Of a stretch of 64,000 bases of DNA, positions 18,749 to 27,902 are shown piece after piece. The translations under genes and the position numbers were made by a program. The number at the start of each line of letters is the position of its first letter. The first letter of the stretch is position 1. This DNA comes from an uncultured Desulfovibrio sp. (GTDB taxonomy: Bacteria; Desulfobacterota; Desulfovibrionia; Desulfovibrionales; Desulfovibrionaceae): assembly GCA_934546745.1 (NCBI GenBank), contig CAKTDV010000009.1, positions 16,070-80,069 on the forward strand, in the 5' to 3' direction. The notes beneath the pieces are model-generated. The model searched no databases. It was given only the letters and a program-made list of their open reading frames with translations, and was not told the DNA's origin.

Positions 18749-21019
18749 ATGAAAGCTTCACGACGCGAATTCCTGCGCGGCATGGCCATGACGGCGGCCA
18801 TGGCGGCGGCTTCCGGTACGGGGCTTGCCGGGCGCGCCCTGGCGGCCGGAGACGATACGACCCCGGAAAAGTGGGTCAAGGGCGTCTGCCGCTACTGCGG
18901 CACGGGCTGCGGGGTCCTGATCGGCGTGCGCAACGGCAAGGCCGTCGCCATCAAGGGCGATCCCAACAATCATAATGCGGGGCTCCTGTGCCTCAAGGGC
19001 TCCCTGCTGATTCCCGTGCTCAACAGCGCGGAGCGCATCACCTCACCCATGGTGCGCCGCAGCAAGGGCGGCCCCTTGGAGCCTGTTTCCTGGGACGAGG
19101 CCATGTCGCTGATGGCCTCCCGCTTCCGCGCCAGCATCGACAAGTACGGGCCGGATTCCGTGGCCTGGTACGGCTCCGGCCAGTGCCTGACGGAGGAAAG
19201 CTACGCGGCCAACAAGATGTTCAAGGGGGGCTTCGGCACCAACAACGTGGACGGCAATCCCCGTTTGTGCATGGCGTCGGCCGTGGGCGGCTATACGACG
19301 ACCTTCGGCAAGGACGAGCCCATGGGCTGCTATGCGGACATAGATTCGGCCACCTGCTTTTTCATCATCGGCTCGAATACCTCCGAAGCGCATCCCGTGC
19401 TTTTCCGCCGCATTGCGCGGCGCAAGCAGGTCGATCCCGGCGTGCGGATCATCGTGGCCGATCCGCGGCGGACCAATACGTCGCGGATTGCGGATTTGCA
19501 TATTGCGTTCCGCCCGGGGACGGACCTTGCGCTCATGCACGCCATGGCTTGGGTCATCATCAACGAGGAACTGGACGATCCGCGTTTCTGGCAGCGGCAT
19601 GCCTGTTTCAAGCTGTCGGACGGCACGCCTTCGGATTTCGAGGGCTACAAGGCCTTTCTGGAGCAGTACCGGCCGGATATCGTCGCGGGCATCTGCCGCA
19701 TTCCCGAAGAGCAGATACGCGCGGCCGCGCGGCTTTTTGCCGAATCGGCGGCCACCATGTCGCTGTGGTGCATGGGCATCAATCAGCGGATACAGGGCGT
19801 CTTTGCCAACAACCTTATCCATAACCTGCATCTGCTGACGGGACAGATCGGCCGTCCCGGGGCGACGCCCTTTTCCCTGACGGGACAGCCCAACGCCTGC
19901 GGCGGCGTGCGGGACGGAGGCGCGCTGTCGCACCTGCTGCCCGCCGGGCGCGCCATTCCCAATCCCCGGCATCGCGCGGAAATGGAAGCCCTGTGGGGCC
20001 TGCCGCCCGGCCGCATCAAGGACAAGCCCGGCCCGCATACCGTGGCCATGTTCGAGGCGCTGGGACGCGGGGACATCAAGTGCATGATCATTTGCGAAAC
20101 CAATCCGGCGCACACGCTCCCCAATCTGAACAAGATGCACAAGTGCATGTCCAATCCCGACAGTTTCATTGTCTGCATCGAGGCGTTCCCCGATGCCGAG
20201 ACGCTGAAATATGCCGATCTTGTGCTGGCGCCTGCCTTCTGGTGCGAGCGCGACGGGGTCTACGGTTGCGGCGAACGGCGCTACAGTCTGACGGAAAAGG
20301 CCGTGGAGCCGCCCGCCGGTTGCCGCCCCACCATTGAAACGCTGGGCGAGTTCGCCCGCCGCATGGGACTTCCGGCGTCCTTCAGCTTCCCCGACGCGTC
20401 CGCGGCTTGGGATGAATGGCGTAAGGTCGCCCGGGGAACCACCTATGACTTCTACGGCATGACGCGCGAACGCTTGCGCAGGGAATCCGGCATTCTCTGG
20501 CCCTGTCCCTCGGAAGATCATCCGGGCACGCTGCGCCGCTTCGTGCGGGGAGAAGATCCGCTTGTGCCCGCCGATCATCCGCACCGCATGTTCTTCTACG
20601 GCATGCCGGACGGCAGGGCCGTCATCTGGATGCGTCCCTACAAGGGGGCCGCGGAGGAGCCCGACGCCGACTATCCCCTGTATCTGACGTCCATGCGGGT
20701 CATCGATCACTGGCATACGGCCACCATGACGGGCAAGGTCCCCGAATTGCGCCGGGCCAATCCCGCGGCCTTTGTGGAAATCAATCCGCAGGACGCGGAA
20801 AAGGCGGGTATCCGGCACGGCGACAATGTCGTTGTGGAGACGCGCCGCGACGCGCTGGTGCTTCCGGCCCGCGTCAGCGACGTGTGCCGCCCCGGACTGA
20901 TCGCCGTGCCGTTTTTCGACAAGGAAAAGCTCGTCAACAAGCTGTTTCTTGACGCCACGGACCCCGCGTCGCGCGAACCGGAATATAAAATCTGCGCGGC
21001 GCGCATCCGCAAGGCCTAG
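18749..21019 (+). CDS. napA: Periplasmic nitrate reductase catalytic subunit NapA (Mo-bisMGD, 4Fe-4S)
   Basis: Tat signal SRREFLRGMAMTAA...ALAA and the N-terminal Fe-S motif CRYCGTGCG...C. 756 aa from ATG 18749, with a GGAGAG RBS. Confidence 0.95.
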   Translation: MKASRREFLRGMAMTAAMAAASGTGLAGRALAAGDDTTPEKWVKGVCRYCGTGCGVLIGVRNGKAVAIKGDPNNHNAGLLCLKGSLLIPVLNSAERITSPMVRRSKGGPLEPVSWDEAMSLMASRFRASIDKYGPDSVAWYGSGQCLTEESYAANKMFKGGFGTNNVDGNPRLCMASAVGGYTTTFGKDEPMGCYADIDSATCFFIIGSNTSEAHPVLFRRIARRKQVDPGVRIIVADPRRTNTSRIADLHIAFRPGTDLALMHAMAWVIINEELDDPRFWQRHACFKLSDGTPSDFEGYKAFLEQYRPDIVAGICRIPEEQIRAAARLFAESAATMSLWCMGINQRIQGVFANNLIHNLHLLTGQIGRPGATPFSLTGQPNACGGVRDGGALSHLLPAGRAIPNPRHRAEMEALWGLPPGRIKDKPGPHTVAMFEALGRGDIKCMIICETNPAHTLPNLNKMHKCMSNPDSFIVCIEAFPDAETLKYADLVLAPAFWCERDGVYGCGERRYSLTEKAVEPPAGCRPTIETLGEFARRMGLPASFSFPDASAAWDEWRKVARGTTYDFYGMTRERLRRESGILWPCPSEDHPGTLRRFVRGEDPLVPADHPHRMFFYGMPDGRAVIWMRPYKGAAEEPDADYPLYLTSMRVIDHWHTATMTGKVPELRRANPAAFVEINPQDAEKAGIRHGDNVVVETRRDALVLPARVSDVCRPGLIAVPFFDKEKLVNKLFLDATDPASREPEYKICAARIRKA

Positions 21020-21020
21020 A

Positions 21021-21228
21021 GCGTGTTAACGCTATTTTTCTATTTATTCAAAATAAATAGAAAATATAGGCGATACATAACCTTTGAAAGGACTTGCCGT
21101 ATGGCCTGTACCCCCTCTGAAAAAGCGCGTTGGGGGAAGGATGGGGGGCCTGGGGGGAAGGGAACACCCTTGTGCGCTAGCCAAGGGGGTTCCCTTCCCC
21201 CCGGAAGAACGATTTAGTGTTAACACGC
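21021..21228. mobile_element. ~208-bp inverted-repeat-bounded insert (MITE-like) between napA and napD
   Basis: The ends are GCGTGTTAACGC (21021-32) and GTGTTAACACGC (21217-28), which match 11/12 as an inverted repeat. The flanks are CCTAGA and CCTGGA. The interior carries an AT-rich palindrome TCTATTTAT-N5-ATAAATAGA (21039-61) and a GC hairpin GGGGAAGGGAAC...GTTCCCTTCCCC (21154-21200). Confidence 0.4.
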
Positions 21229-21326
21229 CCTGGACCGGAATCGTGGGGGGAAAGCGACGCCTCACAGGCCGGAGCATTCCACACACCCGGGGGAAGGACG
21301 CCCCTTTTGCAGAGGAGAAGAGCAAG

Positions 21327-21614
21327 ATGGCCGTGGTCGGACTGGTACTGATTCCGCTGCCCGGGCGGGAAGACGCGCTTGCCGCCGCGCTGGACGGGTT
21401 TCCGGGCGTGGTGGAGCGTCGGGACGCGGAGGCGGGGCGTCTCGTCGTCGTGCTGGAATGCTCCTCGCGCGATATCCGTGACAGGCTGGAGGCGCTGGCG
21501 TCTCTGGAGCCTGTGCTGGAGCTGTCCGTCGCCTATGCGGACTATGAGGATGATCTTGACGCCGACGGGCATATGCCGTGCCCGCCGCATAGGAAACGGA
21601 GGGATCGGGCATGA
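21327..21614 (+). CDS. napD: NapD, NapA-specific chaperone
   Basis: 95 aa, beginning MAVVGLVLIPLPGREDALAAALDGFPGVV...RLVVVLE... (ferredoxin-like NapD pattern). AGAGGAG RBS. The stop overlaps the napG ATG (ATGA). Confidence 0.75.
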   Translation: MAVVGLVLIPLPGREDALAAALDGFPGVVERRDAEAGRLVVVLECSSRDIRDRLEALASLEPVLELSVAYADYEDDLDADGHMPCPPHRKRRDRA

Positions 21615-22171
21615 GCGCCGCCTTGCCGTTTGCTCCCGCCTTGCGGCCTCCGGGCGCGGTCAGGGAACACGACTTTGCCGTCCGCTGTATTCGTTGCGGG
21701 CGATGCGTGGAGATATGTCCGCACGACACGCTCTTTTTCAGGGGCGGCTTCGGCAGGGACAGGCACACGCCCATGTTCGATCCGAAGAAAAAGCCGTGCC
21801 TGCTCTGCATGAAATGCCCTCCGGTCTGTCCTTCCGGCGCGCTGGACGCGACGCTGACCGATATGCGCCGGGCGCATATGGGGCGCGCCTATATCTTACG
21901 CAATGCGTGCCATAATTATACCGGCGCGACCATGTGCATGACATGCTATGATCGCTGTCCCCTGCGGGCTTCCGCCGTGGTGCTGGTCGACGGACTGACG
22001 CCCGCGATTACGTCCGCCTGCGTGGGATGCGGCGTTTGCGCCCATGTCTGCCCGGTGGGGGCCGTGGTCGTCCTGCCGCGAGAATCCCGCTGGATACCCG
22101 GCGACGCGGTTCCCACACGGCCCGCCGAGGGCGAAAGCATGCCGCCGTATCACGGCGGGGAGAAAGAATAG
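21611..22171 (+). CDS. napG: NapG, poly-ferredoxin (4x 4Fe-4S)
   Basis: Cys clusters CIRCGRCVEICP, CLLCMKCPPVCP, CMTCYDRCP and CVGCGVCAHVCP. Confidence 0.85.
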   Translation: MSAALPFAPALRPPGAVREHDFAVRCIRCGRCVEICPHDTLFFRGGFGRDRHTPMFDPKKKPCLLCMKCPPVCPSGALDATLTDMRRAHMGRAYILRNACHNYTGATMCMTCYDRCPLRASAVVLVDGLTPAITSACVGCGVCAHVCPVGAVVVLPRESRWIPGDAVPTRPAEGESMPPYHGGEKE

Positions 22172-23010
22172 TGCACATCAGGCTTTCGTTTTTGCGGGGG
22201 CTTTCCCGACTGGGAACGGCCGTCGCTTTCTGCGTCCTGCCGTGGCTGAACGCCGCCGGGATGCACGGCGTCAGCGGTTCGCTTTTTTCCCTGGACGTCT
22301 TCGGCTGGCCGTTCGGCGATCCGGCGGCGCTGGTGCAGACGCTGGCAGGCGGAGGAAGGCCGGGAGCGCATTTCCTTCTCGGCGTGGGGTCCTCGCTGGC
22401 GCTGGCGTTTCTGCTGGGCCGCGTCTTTTGCGGCTGGCTGTGCCCTTACGGATTGCTTTCCGAAGCGGCGGCGACGCTGGGGGGAAGGTTGCGCGCAAGG
22501 CCGCGCGCGTGGAAGGTTCCGGCCCGTTGGGAGCTTGCCTGCCGGGCGGTCGTACTGGCGGCGGGAACGGGGCTGGCGGCGTGCGGTATCCCCGCCCTGA
22601 CGCGGCTTTCCTTTCCCGGCACGCTTTCCCTTGCGCCCCAGATTGCCTGTTACAACGGTTTCGACGGGGTGTTCTTCGGGCTTCTTGCGGCTCCGGTCAC
22701 GGCGCTGCTGCTGGAATTCCTGACCGGAGAACGCCTCTGGTGCCGCTTTGTCTGCCCGCAGGGACTGCTGCTCGGCTGTGCCGCCCGGTTGCGCTCATGG
22801 TGCGAGCGGTGGAGCCGCCTGCCCCTGCCCGCCGTGCGCTGGGAGGCGTCCTGCTGTTCCTGCAAGGGCGAAACGCCGTGCGCCGCCGCGTGTACGCTTG
22901 GCGTGCAGCCGCGCCGCAAGGACGGGCCGGATGCCTTGCGCTGTTCGATCTGCGGCGAATGCGTGAGCGTCTGCGCCCGCAAGGGCAGGGCTCTCCGCTG
23001 GAAGGTCTGA
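22171..23010 (+). CDS. napH: NapH, membrane-bound Fe-S protein
   Basis: The GTG start overlaps the napG stop (TAGTG). TM segments with CxxC motifs (CGWLCPYG, CRFVCPQG) and C-terminal ferredoxin Cys clusters. The exact start is uncertain. Confidence 0.8.
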   Translation: MHIRLSFLRGLSRLGTAVAFCVLPWLNAAGMHGVSGSLFSLDVFGWPFGDPAALVQTLAGGGRPGAHFLLGVGSSLALAFLLGRVFCGWLCPYGLLSEAAATLGGRLRARPRAWKVPARWELACRAVVLAAGTGLAACGIPALTRLSFPGTLSLAPQIACYNGFDGVFFGLLAAPVTALLLEFLTGERLWCRFVCPQGLLLGCAARLRSWCERWSRLPLPAVRWEASCCSCKGETPCAAACTLGVQPRRKDGPDALRCSICGECVSVCARKGRALRWKV

Positions 23011-23202
23011 CGCGACGCGCGCGGGCGGGCCTGACGACCGTTTTTGCGGCGCGGCCCTTGCGTGGAAAATCCAAAAAAGCTATACGTCCTAGGGTCGGTC
23101 CCCGTTAAACGTCCGTTGCGATACCGCCGTTTTTTCCGGCGGTCTTGCCGGAAAGAACTTCAGTTCGCACTATGATGATGCAGCCTTGCTCGGTTTTCCC
23201 TT

Positions 23203-23240
23203 GCCGCCCGAAAAAGTTGCTTTTTTGCGGGCGGCGTTTT
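23203..23240 (+). terminator. Hairpin plus T-run downstream of the nap operon
   Basis: GCCGCCCG-17 nt-CGGGCGGC followed by GTTTT. Confidence 0.35.
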
Positions 23241-23345
23241 CGTGGGGCGACTTCGGAAGCCGGGCTTGCCGGAGGCGGCGGGGGGGTGTCCCTTTCGCGG
23301 CCTGTTCAGGAACAGCAGACGATTTCACGCCAGAAGAGTAGAGTC

Positions 23346-23600
23346 ATGAGCAATCTGATAACCATCAAGGGGTATGTGACGCCCGTTCCCCGGGCAGCCG
23401 ATCCGCGTCAGGCCCGTGTGGCCGTACGTCAGCAGGACGATGAGGAATACCGCATTGTGCCGCGCGGCGCTGGCGTTGATCTTGACGACGAGGTCAGTGT
23501 GCCTGTGGAAGTGACAGGCCTTGTAGATGAACTGGACGGGGTGCGTTATCTGACGGTGCGCGGCTACAAGGTTTTGGAAGACGATACCTGGCTCGACTGA
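23346..23600 (+). CDS. Small acidic hypothetical protein (84 aa)
   Basis: ORF with coding-like codon usage (MSNLITIKGYVTPVP...VRGYKVLEDDTWLD). No motif recognised. Confidence 0.5.
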   Translation: MSNLITIKGYVTPVPRAADPRQARVAVRQQDDEEYRIVPRGAGVDLDDEVSVPVEVTGLVDELDGVRYLTVRGYKVLEDDTWLD

Positions 23601-23845
23601 TGCTGTGATTTTTTTGAAAAAAAGCACGCTCTGGCTTGGTTGCCTGTATAGCGCGGGTTCGCGATACCTCATTTCCCTGTGAAGAGGAGCGGCGCGACGG
23701 CACACAAACCTTTTATTGGGGGGCTGAGGGACTATGGGCTTCCTAGCGTTGCTTTGGGTAATACTGGGGGCGGACTTTGCGATTGCGAAGTCCGCCTTTT
23801 TATATCTGTATGCGAAAAAATGGGAGGTAACAGTGCGCCTTTTGC

Positions 23846-26800
23846 TCACAGCAGGGAGATCGGCCGCTGTTCGCGCCGCGTATGGGGCTTGAGCACGGTA
23901 ACGCGGCAGTATTCCTGTACAAGAGGAAGAAACGGGGAAGGCGGCAGATGCCATTCCTTCCCGTAGAGGCGGCGGCGTTTGCAGTAACTGGCAAAGACGC
24001 CGCGGGCGGCGCGTGTGAGTCCGACATAGAGGAGGCGGCGCTCTTCTTCCAGAGACGCATCGCCGTTATCTGCTCGCATTCCCAGCGCCGATCTCCGGAG
24101 CGGCAGAAGCCCTTCTTCCAGGCCGGGCAGAAAGACCGCCCTGAATTCCAGCCCCTTGGAGGCATGGAGCGTCATCAGCTGGACGTGTTCCGCCTTGCCG
24201 CGCACAAGATCCCGATCCTGCAAAAGCGCAATGCGCTCCAGAAGTGGTGGCCAGCTCCCGCACTCCTTCCAGAGGCGGCACATCTCCTGCCAGGGGCCGC
24301 CGGAAAGAAGGGCCGGATCCACGCTGGCGTGCTCCGCAAGCCAGACGGCAAGATCGGCGGGTAGCGGCAGAGTACCCTTGTGGCGAGGGAGCGGCGGAAG
24401 ACAGCGCGTTTCCCCTGACAGTTCTGAAGCCCGCGGCAGTTCACAAAGATCCCGCAGCACGGCGGCGCACAGGGGATCCTGCCAGAAGGGGGCCTCTTCC
24501 GGCGCGGCGCAGGGAACCCCCGCATGTTCCAGTGCCGCACGGAGTGGGGGGATCTGTGCGCGGAGGCGCACCAGGACGGCAATATCGCCCGGTGAAAGGG
24601 CGGCATCCAATGCCGTCTGTCGCGAGGTGTCAAGCAGGCTGTGGGAGGTCGCGCCGATCAGCGCGGCGGCATGGCGGGCAATCCAACGGGCTTCGCTCTG
24701 TTCGTCCGGCGCGGCAAAAAGATGGAGAAAGGCCGCCTGCGGATGCGCTGCCGTCAGAGAACCGCAATGCCCATGTCCCTGAAGCAGGTTTTGCGCCATA
24801 TCAAGGACGGCCTGACTGGCCCGATAGCTGACACCAAGCCGCAACACCTGAAGCGCCGGCCAGTATTGCCGGAAGGTTTTTTCATTCTGGCCTTCCGCCC
24901 CACGAAAGCCATAGATGGCCTGATCCGGGTCGCCGATACCGAAGAAGCCGTCCCCGTTGGGCGGCAGTAGAGCCCGAATGAGCGAAAGCTGTACCGGCGA
25001 GAGATCCTGCGCCTCGTCCACAAGGACGTGCGCCGGTACGGCGTCGTAAGTTGTGCGGGCGGCCTCTCTCAGGCGGGGCGGCAACCAGGAGGCGGCGGCT
25101 TCCGCCGCCTCCGCCGTATGGGGGGCGGCGCGATGCAGGAGCAGCCAGGCGGGCAGATCGGCATAATCCACACGCAGGTGATGATCCCGCTCCTTGGACG
25201 CCATGTAGCGGGAGGCAGCTTCCCTTGTCTCCCGCGGCAGGGCGTCCAGATGCCGGCCCTGTTCCCTTTCGAGCTGTATGACATCCCAGAGACGGCGGCA
25301 TTCCTCGGAGGAAAGCGCGGGATTCGCGGCGGCAAAAAGGCTGCGCGCGGCGTTGTCGGGAAGCAGCGTGCACTCCGGAAGCGCCTTGTGGAGCAGGCTC
25401 CAGGCGTAGCCGTGCAGAGTATCACAGCGGGGAAGAGGGGCCTCCGCCGTATCTCCCGCAAGACGATCGCGCATTTCCGCAGCGGCACGGCGGGTAAACG
25501 TCAGTGCCAGCAGGTGTTCCGGAGCTGTCCCTTGGGAGAGCAGACGCCGCAGCCGGCCTACGAGGACGCGTGTCTTGCCAGCGCCCGGACCAGCCAGCAC
25601 AAGAACGGGGTGCGGCCCGGCATCCAGAGCGATTTGCTGTTCCGCAGAAAAGGTAGGCGAGGCCGGTTCCGGTGTGGGCGTGTCCCGTGTCGCCGTAATG
25701 GCGCGGGCCGGAGAAGGCTGTGGGTGAGATCGGGACGACGTGGTCTTTCTGGATGGCAGCAGTGATGCCCGTTTGGGCGCGCCTCCCAGTTCCGCCTGTT
25801 CCTCAGGGCTGAAGACGCGCACGACGCCGTATTCGCCGTCATAGCCTCCCTGACGGATGACATCGCCGCGCCGCATCCGCGCAATGGCCTCGCCGAGAAC
25901 ATCCCATGAGGCGCGAATCCGTTCGATGGGCATACGGCAGAGAATATCAAGATCCGGCCCAAGATCCCGGAGTAAGGCGGCATAGCGTTGCTGCACCTTA
26001 CGCGAACCGCTGCCCACGCCAAGAATTTCGCCAAGCAGTTCCGGCAGGGGAATCAGGGGGCGGGCTTCCGGTTCGGCAGGCAGGGCGGGAGCTTCCCTGC
26101 GGTCGGCAAGTTCCCAGACCCTGTGCAGGACACCGATGGTCAGGGGTTTGCCGCAGACGGGGCAGATGCCGTTGAGCCGGTGTGCTTCCTCAGGTTCGAG
26201 AACAACGCCGCAGGCACGGTGCCCGTCAAGATGATATTTACCCTCTTCGGGGTAAAATTCCATCGTGCCGAGAAAACGACAGTCGGGAGACGCCTCCGGT
26301 GTGCGCCGTGCGGCGGCACGAAGTGAGGCAAAGAGGGTGCGGTAGGTAACATGGCCGTCAAAGAGGTTGGCTTCCCTGCCGAGGTTGGCCCCTGAATGGG
26401 CATCGGAATTGGAAACAAGCGCATACCCGTCCAGTGCGCTGACAAGGCGATTCATGGCGGGATCGGAGGAAAGTCCTGTTTCCAGAGCAAAGATATGCGG
26501 GGAAAGATCTGCAAAGCACTCTTCTATGGTATCAAATCCAGATTTTGAACCAAAAAGAGAAAACCACGGCGTCCAGATATGGGCGGGAATAAGAGCGGCG
26601 TCAGGAGATGTCTCCAGAACAATCTCCAGAAGGTCGTGGGAGTCAAGTCCGAGAATGGGGCGGCCATCGGAGGCGAGATTGCCAATATGCGCCAGACGTT
26701 GGGAGAGTTTTTCCGCATCTTCCAGCGTCGGCATAAAGACAAGATTGTGAACCTTGCGTGTTTTTCCAGCGCGTTTATAAATAGAACTGATTTCTGTCTG

Positions 26801-27076
26801 TAGGCAGAAAAGAGGGGTGCTTTGTTCGTTGCGAGATCCGTCGTGCATGAAATCCAGTGTTTCATGTGGAACATTGAGTTTGTAGAAGCCGCTTTCTTCG
26901 TCAAAAAGAAGCTGCTCCTTGAGCTCTTGTCGCCATTGCGGATGGGTGAAATCTCCAGTGCCAAGGATGTTAATGCCTTTGCATTGCGCCCACGCGGCAA
27001 GGTGGCGTGGTGTAAGCTGTTTGCTGGTGGCGCGTGAAAAACGGGAATGGATGTGCAGATCGGCAATAACACTCAT
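23846..27076 (-). CDS. Fusion protein: N-terminal PHP/EndoQ-like nuclease domain plus C-terminal UvrD/REP superfamily-1 helicase
   Basis: The N-terminus ADLHIHSRFSRATS...GTGDFTHP has PHP metal ligands. A Zn-finger CPVCGKPLTIGVLHRV follows. The helicase part has Walker A AGPGAGKTR and DEAQD (VLVDEAQDLS). 1076 aa. The ATG overlaps the upstream methyltransferase stop (ATGA). Confidence 0.85.
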   Translation of the reverse strand: MSVIADLHIHSRFSRATSKQLTPRHLAAWAQCKGINILGTGDFTHPQWRQELKEQLLFDEESGFYKLNVPHETLDFMHDGSRNEQSTPLFCLQTEISSIYKRAGKTRKVHNLVFMPTLEDAEKLSQRLAHIGNLASDGRPILGLDSHDLLEIVLETSPDAALIPAHIWTPWFSLFGSKSGFDTIEECFADLSPHIFALETGLSSDPAMNRLVSALDGYALVSNSDAHSGANLGREANLFDGHVTYRTLFASLRAAARRTPEASPDCRFLGTMEFYPEEGKYHLDGHRACGVVLEPEEAHRLNGICPVCGKPLTIGVLHRVWELADRREAPALPAEPEARPLIPLPELLGEILGVGSGSRKVQQRYAALLRDLGPDLDILCRMPIERIRASWDVLGEAIARMRRGDVIRQGGYDGEYGVVRVFSPEEQAELGGAPKRASLLPSRKTTSSRSHPQPSPARAITATRDTPTPEPASPTFSAEQQIALDAGPHPVLVLAGPGAGKTRVLVGRLRRLLSQGTAPEHLLALTFTRRAAAEMRDRLAGDTAEAPLPRCDTLHGYAWSLLHKALPECTLLPDNAARSLFAAANPALSSEECRRLWDVIQLEREQGRHLDALPRETREAASRYMASKERDHHLRVDYADLPAWLLLHRAAPHTAEAAEAAASWLPPRLREAARTTYDAVPAHVLVDEAQDLSPVQLSLIRALLPPNGDGFFGIGDPDQAIYGFRGAEGQNEKTFRQYWPALQVLRLGVSYRASQAVLDMAQNLLQGHGHCGSLTAAHPQAAFLHLFAAPDEQSEARWIARHAAALIGATSHSLLDTSRQTALDAALSPGDIAVLVRLRAQIPPLRAALEHAGVPCAAPEEAPFWQDPLCAAVLRDLCELPRASELSGETRCLPPLPRHKGTLPLPADLAVWLAEHASVDPALLSGGPWQEMCRLWKECGSWPPLLERIALLQDRDLVRGKAEHVQLMTLHASKGLEFRAVFLPGLEEGLLPLRRSALGMRADNGDASLEEERRLLYVGLTRAARGVFASYCKRRRLYGKEWHLPPSPFLPLVQEYCRVTVLKPHTRREQRPISLL

Positions 27077-27873
27077 GGCGAACCCTCAAGAAAGGGGCAG
27101 AAGGAAAGCGCCTGTGCTGTCCAGCGTGTCCCTGTGTCATGGTCTGAAGGATGCAGGTAAAGAGCTTCTTCCAGTGCGATGTCATGGCTGGCGTCCCGGC
27201 GTGCTTCCAGAAGAATCCGCCTTGCCGGTGTTCCGATGCGAGGATGCACCGGTAGAAGACGGCGAATACCCAGATGATTCTCTGAGCATGCCTTGAAAAG
27301 ACGCGGGAGGACGCGGGCATCATAGATGCAGCAAAAAAAGCCTTTGTGGCATAATACTCTTGTGGCGCTGAAACAGAAATCGTGCAACGTTCCGTCACTG
27401 CCGCGCCGGGCCATATCCGCAAGAGCGCTGGAGGAAGCCCTTCCATCGCCTTCTTCCCCGTAGGGGGGATTGGCAAGAACAAGACTTGCGCCCTTTCTTC
27501 CCTGCGGATACGTCGCCAGAAGCTCCCGGCACCGCCGGAGGGTTTCGCGTTCTGGAAGGAAGCCATCCAGAATAGTCAGGCGATCCGTCAGCTCCAGGTG
27601 GAGCGCATTCTCCCGTGCCGCGTTTGTGAGAGGCGGGGCCTGCTCCACGCCCACTCCGTAACTGTCTTCCTGGAGCAGGGCGACAGCCAGCAGGGCCGCG
27701 CCGGCGCCACAGCCAAGCTCCAGAAAAGGGCCGCGCTTTGGCGGAGGGAGCCCGCGCAGCGTATGCGCCGCAAAGGCTGCCAGCAGGAGGGCATCCACAC
27801 TGAAACGGGCGCAGCCCACGGGTTGTGTCAGGCCAGCAGGGAAGCGTTGGCGGGCATTGCGGCGTTCCGTCAT
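27073..27873 (-). CDS. SAM-dependent N6-adenine-type methyltransferase (NPPY motif; TrmN6/YfiC-like)
   Basis: ELGCGAGA SAM motif and LVLANPPYG catalytic motif. Confidence 0.8.
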   Translation of the reverse strand: MTERRNARQRFPAGLTQPVGCARFSVDALLLAAFAAHTLRGLPPPKRGPFLELGCGAGAALLAVALLQEDSYGVGVEQAPPLTNAARENALHLELTDRLTILDGFLPERETLRRCRELLATYPQGRKGASLVLANPPYGEEGDGRASSSALADMARRGSDGTLHDFCFSATRVLCHKGFFCCIYDARVLPRLFKACSENHLGIRRLLPVHPRIGTPARRILLEARRDASHDIALEEALYLHPSDHDTGTRWTAQALSFCPFLEGSP

Positions 27874-27902
27874 GGTATCTGTCCGGTTGCGAAAGGCGCG
27901 TA

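Noticed and set aside
19043-20818. 591-aa minus-strand ORF.
   Set aside because: It is antisense to napA (Tat signal, Fe-S motif). The composition is that of a shadow ORF.
21023-21326. Small ORFs in the napA-napD spacer: the 64-aa GTG ORF, and the N-terminal 81 codons of the 176-aa ORF.
   Set aside because: The translations are low complexity and cross the inverted repeats and hairpins. The NapD homology begins only at MAVVG (21327), which has its own RBS.
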